Source of the DNA: Leucoraja erinacea
Taxonomy: Eukaryota
Direction: 5' to 3'
DNA: 64,000 nt
Assembly (NCBI RefSeq): GCF_028641065.1
Contig: NC_073400.1
Location: 19,282,001 to 19,346,000, forward strand
Shown in pieces: positions 1 to 12,174 of this stretch (its first letter is position 1; each line of letters starts with the position of its first letter). The notes under the pieces are model-generated. The model was not told where the DNA came from and did not search any database. It saw nothing but the letters and a program-made list of their open reading frames with translations. The translations under genes were made by a program, and so were the position numbers.

Positions 1-905
1 CTATGATATACACGTGGGTTGCAGTTCCCCGTGATGCACATGTGGGCTGATACACTGTGACTGCATTCCCCGTTCCATACATGATGGACGTATTGCCTGT
101 TCTATACAACCTATCGCTGGTTCTATACACTGCAACCGTATTCCCTTTTCTATACACTGTGGCGTTGGCCGCTGTTGTACACACTGTGCTACCTTCCCTG
201 TTCCGTACACCATGGCTGTATTCCGTGTACTATACACGGTGACTCCAATGCCTGTTCTAGACATTATGGGCATATTACTGGTTTTATACACTGTCACTGT
301 ACTGCCTGTTCTAGAAAATGTGCCTGTTCCGAACACTGTGTCCTTATTCAATTTTTCATTCTTTTGGCTGTTCTAAAAAAAACGAGGCTACTCTACACAC
401 TATGGATGTGATCCTTATTTTGTATATCCTGGCTAGATTGCCTGTTTTATACACTCTGACTGTATTACCAGTTCTGTGCATCAACGCAGTATTTCCTATT
501 CTATAAACTGCTTCTTGTTCTATACACTGTGGCTGTATTTCCTGGTTCAATACACTGTGACTGCATTGCCTGTTTTCTACTCTTGGCCTGTGTTCCCTGT
601 TCTACACACAGTAGCTGTATTCCCAATTCTATACATCATGGCCATATGCCTGCTCCATACACTGCAGCTGTGTTGCCTTATTCAACGCATTGTGGCTGCA
701 TTCCCGGTCTATTGCCTATTTCCTTCGCTCCATAGATGCTGCTGCACCCGCTGAGTTTCTCCAGCATTTTTGTGTACTGTGACAGTACTGCCTGTTCTAT
801 GCAATGCACCTATTCTGCACATTGTGACTGTATTCCCTGTTCCGTATACTGTTGCTGAGCTCCCCTGTTTTATACACGGTGCTGTATTGCCTGTACTATA
901 TATGG
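1..905. repeat. Degenerate ~27-bp tandem repeat (ctatacactgtgactgtattccctgtt-like) with a small embedded repeat fragment at about 715-775
   Basis: Recurring tatacactg/ctgtattcc/ctgttct units. Confidence 0.8.
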
Positions 906-931
906 TACACTCCCCCATGCACAACTCCTAC

Positions 932-1055
932 CATCCATCAGCTCGCAGTGTTTCTTTCCCGATCCATTAGCATCCAGCAGGTATTCTTTCCGGATGCAGT
1001 ACTCCTGCAGATCCCTGGTGTTGCTCAGACACTGGAGAATAGCGTTCATGAAACA
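932..1055 (-). CDS. USP21: USP21 coding exon 3 (catalytic Cys box); gene continues left of the window
   Basis: AG/GT-bounded 124-nt exon encoding CFMNAILQCLSNTRDLQEYCIRKEY...ELMD; joins upstream GLRNLGNT to give the USP Cys box GLRNLGNTCFMN. Confidence 0.93.
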
Positions 1056-1871
1056 CTGTGGAACCGATGGGCTATGTGTTAGTTCAGTCAGCTGGAGTTT
1101 GAACACACCCGTCTCCGTCACCAGCCTGGGTCTCGGCCGGCACTTGTTCAGCTGCCGATTGTTACCCACCCCTGACTGCCCCACAAGGAGTGAGTGTACG
1201 CTGGCCCTGTACCTCATTGCAATAAATGAGGCGTAAGTGTTTGCAGAGAACTGCCAATCCCACCCCCTGTCAAATCCTCTCTCACCTCTCTCTCTTTCCT
1301 CCTCTCTCTCCCATCCCTCTCTCTCTCTCAACAATTCCCTTTCAATGCAGGACCATCCCCCAGTATTGTTAATGCCATTTCTCTCTCCACAGATACTGCC
1401 TGATGTGTCGAGAATCTCCTGTATTCCCCATCTTCGTTTTATTCCCTGTCTAATCCCATCCTCTCACCTGCCTCCCTCCTGCCCTGTGGCAATGTCCCAC
1501 CGTGTGCTCGAGGAACATCACCTCATCTTGTGACTGGGCACTTTAATCCCATGGCTGGATATTGACCTGAACTTCAGATAACCAGCAATTCCAGTTTGTG
1601 CTAGAAACAGCCGGCTCTGATGCAGGGTCATCAACCTACAACCTAACTCAATTCTCTCCACAAACACTATTCCCCACCATCTCTAGAGCTACACATTCTC
1701 TGTGAATGCTGTGCTCTAGTTCATGCAATGTCTCTTTCCCTCTCAGCATTCACTTCCCTCTATTTATCCCTTCTCCAGATACATCAACTGGGATTAACCA
1801 CCCTTCCACACCCTTGCCCAGCCAAACCACAACCACGTACATCATCCAAACTCCCCTAGACTTACCCCTCC

Positions 1872-3159
1872 TGAGGAAATATTATACAAATAGAACCGCT
1901 TGGATAGTGACTTTTATATAAGCTAGGTAATTTGCAAAAGAAAAGCTAAAAGCTTTCCTGAACCGAAATAAAGTGCAAACAGACACATACACACAGGCAA
2001 AGATGAATAAAAACATGGAGGCCTGAACCAGAACCTGCTTAGCTTAGGTTATTGTTTGGGGCAATTATAGCACTGAAAGAAAAATTGTATTTGATATGGC
2101 TTTGTGTTGAAGATTCGGAAGCTGAATAAGGGGCCTCTTCTTAGGCCATCTGCTCTGTCTCTATGGTACATTTTTGAGCTCTGAATGTGACATAAAGGTG
2201 AAGAGTTATGGCTTGTTTTGCTAGGTTTGAGAGAATTCAAGGCTGAGAGATGATAGACTGCAGTTAGCTTTGGCTGTGTACAATTATAATGTGTGATAAG
2301 GAATAAGATGCAAGTGAAAGAATAGTTGCTTTGAGAAATAATTAGATTAAGGGAGTAGTTTATAGAAGGTTGAAGCAGATGGAATTCTGACGTAATGGTC
2401 TGAGATGTAGTCTCTTGTGTTCTGCCTGGTACATGAGATTGGAAATCCTACTTCCCGATAACAGGAAAGGCACCAAACTCATATTAAGTAAATTGACAGA
2501 TTTACGACCCATGTATCTTTGGATGGGAGATGGAAATGTGTGTTTTGAACTTAGAAACCGTAATTCAGCAAATTTATATAATTAATGTTTTAAAGACATA
2601 GGTAATGGTATTTCAAAATGTATAAAATTATAGTAACACCAATTATGAAATGTATTGGCTTAATAGAAAGGTACACTTTAGACTTATAGAAATTGTTTAG
2701 ATTTATAGAAATATATTTTCTCTTGGTATAGACAGTGTATGACTTGTGTGATCATTGTGTTATATATGTATCTTGTATTTTGAGGAATGGTCTTTCATAA
2801 GAGCCTACTGGGGTTTTGCTGTGTTGCAATAAAATAATTCTAAAACAGTTATAAAGCACAGGCAAACAAAGGCTGTAATGAGGCCAGGGAAGGGGGATCA
2901 TGTGACTGATGTTGTAAATCACCAGAAGGACTCAGATGATTGGTTACTAGCTTGTCATACCCTCTGTATCTGAAATGTCTAATACCTATATAAATGCCAT
3001 GAGTTTGTATCAAAGTTACTCCTCTCTGGACCCGCCCCAGAGCATTAGCTCTGTGTTGGAAGGTTCAAGAGACTAGTCTCAGCTGAATAAAGAATTGATT
3101 TTAACAGCAACAAGTGTTTGAGTCAAGTTGACTTTAGATTGAAAGAACTCAGTTTAACA
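1872..3159 (+). mobile_element. ERV 5' LTR (1288 bp)
   Basis: Direct repeat of 8846-10133; TATATAAA at 2987, AATAAA at 3086. Confidence 0.97.
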
Positions 3160-3161
3160 TT

Positions 3162-3179
3162 TGGTGTCAGAAGTGGGAT
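3162..3179 (+). promoter_or_regulatory. Primer binding site, tRNA-Leu(CAA/CAG)
   Basis: TGGTGTCAGAAGTGGGAT just after the LTR, complementary to the tRNA-Leu 3' end ATCCCACTTCTGACACCA; likely leader splice donor GTGAGT at 3264. Confidence 0.88.
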
Positions 3180-4020
3180 TCAGATGGATAACTGACAACT
3201 CAAGGAACGAAAATAAGAGTCAAACTGCGCACTGATCAGACCAGAGGAATTGGCCAAGCAGGAGTGAGTAGTTAAACACCACTCTGTTTTCCTCTTCTCC
3301 GTATTCTCTGTGTAGTCGACCCTTCGTTCTTGTGTTGAACGGGATCCTGACAGAATCAAGTCAATCTAACAAACCTTGTTGAGTGGTAAGATAGACTTTT
3401 AAACATACTGGTCCATTGGGAATGGAAAGACTCTGCCATTTGGAATGGAGAGACTTGGTTATTGGGAATGATCGATGGTAAATGATGGCTGAACTGGATC
3501 CTGTCAGCTAAACACTGACAATGCTAAATTCCTCTTGGTAATTTGGAATGGCAAGAGGGTTGAACTGGATCCTTCTTCTTGTCATTTAGAATGGCAAGAG
3601 GGGGGTTAAAGATTTGGAAACAGGGTCGGCTAAACACTGACAATGCAAAATTAATCTTGAATCATTTGGAATGGTGGGAAACAATTGAATTCAGATCCAG
3701 TGATGTCACGGTTGCTAAATAAGAAATAGTAAAACGTTAACGTCATTATTATATTGTTGTAAGAATAAAGCATAAGAATATTAATACTGTGTATGGAATA
3801 AGTGGGTGTGAATATTGTAGTGTGATAAATTTAATAAGTGGAGGTATTGAAATGAGAGTGTGCACACTAGAGGAATAAGCAACAGGAGAGAGAGAGAGAG
3901 AGAGAGATAAGACTGAAAACAAGCAGGCTGGAAATTCTGGAAGATAAGAAAGGACTGTGCAGTTCAAATGGTTGGCCTTCAATTAGCAGTGGGAGACGAA
4001 GGGGAGGTATAGGAAAATAA

Positions 4021-4900
4021 TTGGAATTTGTTCCCTATCAGCCCCCGGGTCACAGTCCGAGCTCTAGTCAGTGGTGGCAGAAATTTACCCAAGTTTACCC
4101 AGGGCAGAGTCAGGAACCGACAGTGCATCCACCTCAGGCGTCTGACCCAAGAAGAAGGAGAAGCCCCAGTTTAGTAGCAAGGCATACTAGGTCCCAGTCT
4201 AGAGAAGGTGCTGAAGAACAGTCCCTAACCCCAGAGCCCTAATGCCTCCTCCACCCAATCAACAAGACAACGACGAAACAGCCATGAATAATGTGTGGCT
4301 GCTGTGGAAACCACATGAGATGATGGCAATTTTGTTGGGAGTGCCTAAGAAACGGAATCCACAAGCTTTCATTGAATTTTTAAGAACAACGATATCTGTA
4401 TATCACGCTGATTCCCGAGATTTATTGGTACTAGTTCAGCAAGTCTTAACAGCGATTGAGTATACCAGATTCTTGGTTCATTTAACCTAGAACAACCATG
4501 CAGCCCTAGCGGTGGCGCACCCAGGGGCAGGTAACAATGAGGATCGATTACAGCTTATGCTGGCAGCCGTGGGCCTCACTCTCCAGCAGCCAATCGATAT
4601 ATCAAAGGGAGATATGAAACCAGGGGAAGGAGAGGCTGCAGAAGATTTTCTGGGAAGGTTTAAAAAACCCATCTACGGCAACCAGTCAGGTGACACTCAG
4701 TATCAGCAAGGAAATGACTGGCCACGGTTTTGTGCTATGGTTATGAACTGTTTGCCTTCCAGCATTGCAATGGGTATTTAAACCAATAATATGGACTGGT
4801 CAGTCTTCATCGGCCCGCATGTCAAGAGCTGTGAAAGCCTTTTGGAAAGACTGTCCTATTGGAGACAGTGAAGCCCAGGTAAAGGTAAAAACGAATATGT
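4021..4900 (+). pseudogene. ERV gag remnant (capsid-like)
   Basis: Position after the leader; broken frames with PPPPN, WKPHEMMAI and KPGEGEAAEDFLGRF (MHR-like). Confidence 0.6.
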
Positions 4901-4959
4901 GATGAGAGAAACGAGAGAATTTCCACCAGTGACTGTCCCTGACTGAATGGGCTAACAAA

Positions 4960-5900
4960 TCTGGATGTTACCCTGTTTACGGATGGCAGCTCATTCATTG
5001 TTGAAAAGGGAGAATGGTTGTCAGGCTATGTGATTGTTAATCAGGAGGGAACGACCATTGAAGCAGCATCTTTTGAGGCTCCCTTCTAGGCCCAGCTAGC
5101 CGAACTATTTGCGTTGACTAGAGCCTGCACCCTGGCCGAAGAACTATCTGCAAATATTTACACAGACTGCCAATATGCTTTTGGAGTGGTTCCTGATATG
5201 GACAATTATGGAAGAATCGGGGGTTTCTAACCTCTTCAGGGACAGTGATATCTCACAAAAATTGGTTTCTAATTTGCTACAGGCCATTCAGTTACACAGT
5301 CAGCATGCTGTTATCAAAGTTAGAGCCCATAGTATAGGCCAAGCCCCATAGACATAGGGAATTGCCTTGCCAACGAGTTAGCTAAGAAAGCTTCTAGGAG
5401 TTACCAAATTGTGGGTCCCACACGATGAGGCAGTTTAAAAATTCTACTATGAATAAGTCTCCCTCGAAAAAAGGAATGCCAACCATCCAAGAAGTACTTC
5501 AAATACAGGAGGACGCTCCTGCATGGGTAGAACAGCTGTGGCAGGACCAGGGTTGTCTGTACGATCCTGTCACTAGCTTATGGGTTACGCCTGCCGGACA
5601 GACTTGCAGGTCTGATGAGCTTGCGTTGTGGATTATTGAATTTGTACATTTTGCAACTCATTGTGGGGCCAAGGCTGTAAGTGATATGCTTTTAGAGACC
5701 TGGTGGCACCCGAAACTTTTGACTTGTCCCAACGCATCAGCCAGCAATGTCTGATTTGCTAGCAGCATAATCCAGGTAAAGGCTTGCCCTGTGAACCAGT
5801 TAAGACTCCTTTACCATTTGAGACCTTTCAAGTGGACTACATTGAGTTGGAATGATTTCAGTGTTATAAGTATGTTTTTGTAATCATTGATGTTTTTAGT
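4960..5900 (+). pseudogene. ERV pol remnant: RNase H and integrase N-terminus (protease and RT absent)
   Basis: FTDGSSF, AQLAELFALTRAC, ANIYTD, HFATHCG...C..C..HNP zinc finger, FQVDYIEL and VIIDVFS, with stops and frameshifts. Confidence 0.85.
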
Positions 5901-6499
5901 AAATTAATAATTAGTGTAAAGACCTCTCATGTGTGTGGTAGCATTATGGTTTTTGAATGAATGCTGAAGTTAAGTCTTTTATTTGTTGTAAATCACATGT
6001 TATAAGTGTAGGTGTGTGTCCCTTTAAAAAAAAACTGTAAGCAGGGGGCTGAAGTTTTTTTTACAGCTACCCTCGGCTGTGAGGTTAACCTCTCAATTTA
6101 AAAGGGGAAATAAGTTAATTGCTGAAACACGACCAGCTTTAATGGTTTGTTTAGATAAACATTCTTGTTGATGAAGGGAACTGACTGATAATGGGTTAGT
6201 CATGAGTTAACGTGATATTTTGCTAAATCACTGGAATATAACATCTTTGATCACTCCTGTTTGACAGAAAAATTGAAAGTATGTTGGGTTTATTTTAATT
6301 TGTTGTATTTTACCTGTTTTTAAGATGCAAACAGTATTATGTGACAATCCACCTGAGATTTCGAAGTGGATTGATTTGATTGTTTGCTGAAATTTTCAGA
6401 AACAGACAGTGTATCGGATAGTATGGAGAACTATAGAAGAGGGGAAGAATAAGAATACAGACCACTCCATCTGGTACAGCATGAATAATGCCTGCGGGA

Positions 6500-6725
6500 A
6501 TCCTATGTATTAACTTTAACCTGTGCTTTGCAAACTTCTCATTCACAGGTCAGGGCTGCATATGGTGAGGAGCCAGCAGTCAAAGTTCCAACTAATATTG
6601 AGCCATGTTGCTATGTGCTGGTCAGGAACTGGATGGGTAAGCACTTGGACCCAATCCGACCGCTGCCAAGGTCGAGGGTCGTGCTGCATGGGTTCATCTG
6701 AACCACTGCAAATTGATTGGGGAGC
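6500..6725 (+). pseudogene. ERV integrase C-terminal remnant
   Basis: YVLVRNW and, after a frameshift, PTAAKVEGRAAWVHLNHCK. Confidence 0.7.
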
Positions 6726-6989
6726 CCAATCAAAAGGGGGGAGAAGAGTAATTTTATTAAGTTTTTAGTTTTTACATTCCTGCTTTGCTTGGAAGTTGTA
6801 TCATTATAAGTTTAGTTGTATCATTATAAGTTTAGTTTTGAATCCTTATTTTGCTATATGGTTAAGTATATGCAACTGATTACTGGACTGACTGACTGAA
6901 GGACGGTTAACTTGAATGAATAGTTGATTAAGTCAATTAAGTAAGAAATGAACTTTTTGTGAGCCTTTGCATATTTCAGATAAATTAAA

Positions 6990-8558
6990 ATGAGGCGATT
7001 CATCCTGCTATGCATCCTGATGCTACTACAGATGGAGGGAAATGAAGGAAAAATTTGACGATGTGTCCCGGGACAAACAAGCAGAGTCTTTCACCTCTGC
7101 AAAAGAGATGTGGTACAGTGCAATGGCCCAGATGCCTTTGGATCCTGGGATGTCACCAAGATTGACTATTGCAATGGGATACAGCGTCAGCCCGATTGGC
7201 AGGTAGACTTAGATAACCAACACCCAGGGAATTACCCTGTTGGTCTCTGGAGTGCAAATTTGACTTTTTCTGCAAACGGTATTCTTTGGAAGACAACTCG
7301 GCAAAGGAACATTTGTATGATGGACTATGCTATCGAGAAGCATTAGAGGTCTACCCTTGTTTACAGGAGAAAGAACATGAGAAAAATATGGGAAAAATGG
7401 GCATTGGAAGAAATAGACTCTAACATGTTTATACAAGCCCATAATGAACTATTTGGTAAAGGACAAATTGTGTGTTACCTTGCTACTATCAGAAATACAT
7501 CTGTTCTCTTTACAGGATAGATATGCCTTATACTATCTGTTGGCACATGAGGGAGGGACATGTGCTATTGTGAAAGACAGATGTATGATGGGAATTCAGG
7601 ACAGAACAGTAACATCACAAACATCAAAATGACATTATTACACTGCTCGATGGGATACAGGAGGGTATTGAATGGGGAGACTGGGGATTTGGGGGATTTT
7701 CTAATTGGATAAATTGTACTACTTTGGTTCTGTCTTCACCAAGGAAGACATTAATAATCTGCTGGAAATAGCAGGGGACCGGGGGGTCAAATGAGATGGA
7801 GGAACTGAGTGAAATCCAGGTTAGCTGGGAAGTGATGTTAGGTAAATTGAATGGATTATCTGAATGGTGGCCGATTAGGAAAAGGGGAGATGCAACGAGA
7901 CCTGGGTGTCATGGTACACCAGTCATTGAAAGTAGACATGCTGGTGCAGCAGGCAGTGAAGAAAGCGAATGGTATGTTAGCATTCATAGCAAAAGGATTT
8001 GAGTATAGGAGCAGGGAGGTTCTACTGCAGTTGTACAGGGTCTTGGTGAGACCACACCTGGAGTATTGCGTACAGTTTTGGTCTCCCAATCTGAGGGAAG
8101 ACATTCTTGCCATAGAGGGAGTACAGAGAAGAATCACCAGACTGATTCCTGGGATGTCAGGACTTTCATATGAAGGGGTTGGACAGGCTAGATGCAGGAA
8201 GATTGTTTCCGATGTTGGGGAAGTCCAGAACAAGGGATCAGGGGTTATGGAGAGAAGGCAGGTACAGGATACGGAGTTGGATGATCAGCCATGATCATAT
8301 CGAATTGCGGTGCAGGCTCGAAGGGCTGAATGGCCTACTCATGCACCTATTTTCTATGTTTCTATATATGCAGCAATAGTGGTTTTGTGTTTGTTTGTGG
8401 GAATTGCTATTGTTAAATGTACTATTTCTAGACTAATGACAGCCTTGGGTAATGTGGAAACTGGTGAGAAGATATTATTGCAACATCTAGAAGAAGACAT
8501 TCTAATGTTGAATGATGAGGTAGTTGAAAGGATGGTAAATGCGCAGGTTGAGAAATAA
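6990..8558 (+). pseudogene. ERV env remnant (gamma-type TM), split by a CR1 insertion
   Basis: Signal-like MRRFILLCILMLL; LQDRYALYYLLAHEGGTCAIVKDRC (ISD plus CX6C); membrane anchor IYAAIVVLCLFVGIAIVKC after the insertion. Confidence 0.8.
7719..8365 (+). mobile_element. Internally deleted CR1 LINE fragment inside ERV env
   Basis: FGSVFTKED, QRDLGV, LVRPHLEYCVQFWSP and the CR1 (tctatgtt)n tail. Confidence 0.9.
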
Positions 8559-8845
8559 TTATTAGAAGATGAATGTATTAGAATGAATAAAATGGAGATA
8601 GATCAGTGGTATGGAACCCAGAATAGCTGAGCACCCTAAGGGCTAGGGTATTAAACACAGCAGAGAAGTAGGGAACAGCATTGGTGTCAACAAGCCAGCC
8701 TGCTGACCTACGTGGTCCAGGTTTTGGGGGCTATAAAGCATCTCGAGGTTAGGTATAAACTTGGATGACTAATAAGCCAATGCTGATGAATCTCTGCCTT
8801 GTGTTATTATCCTATTAGTGGTCATAGAATGACCAGAGTGGGGAA

Positions 8846-10133
8846 TGAGGAAATATTATACAAATAGAACCGCTTGGATAGTGACTTTTATATAAGCTAG
8901 GTAATTTGCAAAAGAAAAGCTAAAAGCTTTCCTGAACCGAAATAAAGTGCAAACAGACACATACACACAGGCAAAGATGAATCAAAACATGGAGGCCTGA
9001 ACCAGAACCTGCTTAGCTTAGGTTATTGTTTGGGGCAATTATAGCACTGAAAGAAAAATTGTATTTGATATGGCTTTGTGTTGAAGATTCGGAAGCTGAA
9101 TAAGGGGCCTCTTCTTAGGCCATCTGCTCTGTCTCTATGGTACATTTTTGAGCTCTGAATGTGACATAAAGGTGAAGAGTTATGGCTTGTTTTGCTAGGT
9201 TTGAGAGAATTCAAGGCTGAGAGATGATAGACTGCAGTTAGCTTTGGCTGTGTACAATTATAATGTGTGATAAGGAATAAGATGCAAGTGAAAGAATAGT
9301 TGCTTTGAGAAATAATTAGATTGAGGGAGTAGTTTATAGAAGGTTGAAGCAGATGGAATTCTGACGTAATGGTCTGAGATGTAGTCTCTTGTGTTCTGCC
9401 TGGTACATGAGATTGGAAATCCTACTTCCCGATAACAGGAAAGGCACCAAACTCATATTAAGTAAATTGACAGATTTACGACCCATGTATCTTTGGATGG
9501 GAGATGGAAATGTGTGTTTTGAACTTAGAAACTGTAATTCAGCAAATTTATATAATTAATGTTTTAAAGACATAGGTAATGGTATTTCAAAATGTATAAA
9601 ATTATAGTAACACCAATTATGAAATGTATTGGCTTAATAGAAAGGTACACTTTAGACTTATAGAAATTGTTTAGATTTATAGAAATATATTTTCTCTTGG
9701 TATAGACAGTGTATGACTTGTGTGATCATTGTGTTATATATGTATCTTGTATTTTGAGGAATGGTCTTTCATAAGAGCCTACTGGGGTTTTGCTGTGTTG
9801 AAATAAAATAATTCTAAAACAGTTATAAAGCACAGGCAAACAAAGGCTGTAATGAGGCCAGGGAAGGGGGATCATGTGACTGATGTTGTAAATCACCAGA
9901 AGGACTCAGATGATTGGTTACTAGCTTGTCATACCCTCTGTATCTGAAATGTCTAATACCTATATAAATGCCATGAGTTTGTATCAAAGTTACTCCTCTC
10001 TGGACCCGCCCCAGAGCATCAGCTCTGTGTTGGAAGGTTCAAGAGACTAGTCTCAGCTGAATAAAGAATTGATTTTAACAGCAACAAGTGTTTGAGTCAA
10101 GTTGACTTTAGATTGAAAGAACTCAGTTTAACA
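8846..10133 (+). mobile_element. ERV 3' LTR (1288 bp) preceded by PPT AGAGTGGGGAA (8835-8845)
   Basis: Direct repeat of the 5' LTR. Confidence 0.97.
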
Positions 10134-10991
10134 CTCCAACAGACTCTTGCTCCCTCTCCCCTCCCACCGAGCTGCAACTTCAAACCTTTGCCTGGGTCTG
10201 AGGAAAGACCGTCGACCTGAAATCTTAATCCTCTCCACGGGTTCCACCAGAGTACCCCAGGCATTGTCCGAAGGCCCGCAATGAACACAAACACCAGAAC
10301 AGCAGTAGGCTATTCAGCTCCTTTGGCATGCTCTACCATTCAACAACTCCTCAATCTTGGCCCACACCACTGTTCCCCTCCCTCCCCACAACCCTTGTGT
10401 TTGAATGTCTGCCAACCTCTACTTCCAGTCCACTCAATCAAGCTTCCTCCACTGTTCTCTGCGGGAGAATCCACATCTCGGAGAAGAAATCCCTCCTAAG
10501 GGATGCTAACTGCATTTCGATGTCTCTGTACTGTACATTGCACAATGACAATAAAGATTGAATCTGAATCCTTTCCTCGGTCTGACACTGACAACCCCGT
10601 ATCCCACAAGGGTGGCGTCCTCTCAACGCCCACCCTGTCAGTCTACCTCAGGAACCCTTTCACCTCTCATTGCTCCCCACTCCAATGAAAAATGACCTCT
10701 CATCATTAGTTTAGTTTCGTGATAGAGCGTGGGAAACAGGCCCTTAAGTTAAGTGGGAATGAGAGGAAAAAATAGATTAGCCATGATTGAATGGTGGAGC
10801 AGACTCGATGGACAAACTGGCGTAACTATGTTCCTATGTCTTATGATTGTATGATCCCATCCCCCCTGTTCTCTCCATTTAGTCTCCAATTTTCCATCTA
10901 CTCTGTCCTCCTTTACACACAGCCCCCAATTTCCCATTTGCATACAGTCCCCAATTCTCCATTTGCACACAGCCACCCCATTTAATCTCAC

Positions 10992-11051
10992 CGTATTTCC
11001 GAGATTCCTGAGCCCAATTTGACCGTTGCCAATGGGCAAGATGGAGTCCCT
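10992..11051 (-). CDS. USP21: USP21 coding exon 2
   Basis: 60-nt phase-0 exon with ttttccag acceptor and gtgag donor encoding RDSILPIGNGQIGLRNLGNT. Confidence 0.93.
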
Positions 11052-11579
11052 CTGGAAAATAAAGCAGAATAAAAGGCAAACTGAGACGTGCAGCTTATTT
11101 ACATACCAGTACATTCCCAGTTTGCTCAATAACGTTACTTTTGTCTCATGACTTGGGCCTCTCTTGATGAGCATTTCTTGCCCATCCCTCATTGCCCTAG
11201 AGAAGATGCGGCCAGCTGCCTACTGCTACAATGCTGTCCTTCTGGTGAAGGTGCTCTCATGGAGCTGTCACGGAGGCAGTGCCCAGCACCTAGACACAGT
11301 GACCATGAAGGAGCGATGATGTATTTCCCAGTCCAGGTGAGAACTGGAGGGGAACCTGCAGGTGGTGGTGCTCCCTCATTGCTCTTTCCTTCTTGATGGG
11401 TGATACGGCAGGGTTGGGAGGCCCTGCCAGAGTAGCCTGAGTGAGGAACCACAGTGCATTTTGTTGATGGTGCACTCTGCAGCCACTGGGCACTGGTGAA
11501 CGGAGGGAGGGAGTGTTTAGGGTAGTGACAGAGAGACTGAGAGGTACAGATATATATTTTACTGAAAGTGGATACACTG

Positions 11580-12100
11580 GTAGACAGGGTGATGACGAAG
11601 GCACATCAAATGCTTGCCTTCATCAGTCAGGGAATTGAGTACTAGAGAAGGTACAGCTGTACAAGTCATTGATGAGACCACACTTGAAGTATTGAACCAA
11701 TTCCAGTCGGCTTGCTATAGGACAAATATCATTATGCTGGAAAAGATGCAGACAAGATTCACGAGAATATTACAGAGACGGGAGGGCTTGAGCTATAAGG
11801 AGGGTCTGGATAAACTGCCACCGTTTTCCCTGGAGCATTGGAAGCTGATAGGTTTAAAAAATAATTTAAAGGCGACCGGAGGAGCAGCTTTTTCTAAGAG
11901 AGACTTTTTCTAAGACATGGAATGAGCTGCCAGAGAGTGAGAGGGTTGGGTACAATGACAACGTTTAAAAGACACTTGGACAGTACATGGATAGGACTCA
12001 CGTTTAGAGGGATATTTGTCAATGGGAATGGCTCATGTAGGCACTTTGGTTGGCATGGGAAGGTTGGGCTGAAGTGCCTGTTCCAGTGCTGTGTAGCTGC
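11580..12100 (+). mobile_element. Degraded CR1 LINE 3' fragment
   Basis: QTRFTRIL...GLSYKEGLDKL and FKRHLD remnants. Confidence 0.75.
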
Positions 12101-12174
12101 TGGACTCGAGCAGGGAGAGCGGGTGTGCACTGGGGCTGAAGTGAAGGTCGGTGGTGTGGCTGCACGAGACTCAC

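Larger units (their letters stand above)
1872..10133 (+). mobile_element. Defective class I (gamma/epsilon-like) endogenous retrovirus provirus, antisense in a USP21 intron
   Basis: Two TG...CA LTRs, 4-bp TSD CTCC (1868-1871 and 10134-10137), PBS, PPT, and gag/RNase H/integrase/env remnants. Confidence 0.96.

Noticed and set aside
2049-2240. 63-aa ORF duplicated at 9023-9214 as a possible viral accessory gene
   Set aside because: Antisense, non-ATG start, no motif; duplicated only because it lies in the LTR.
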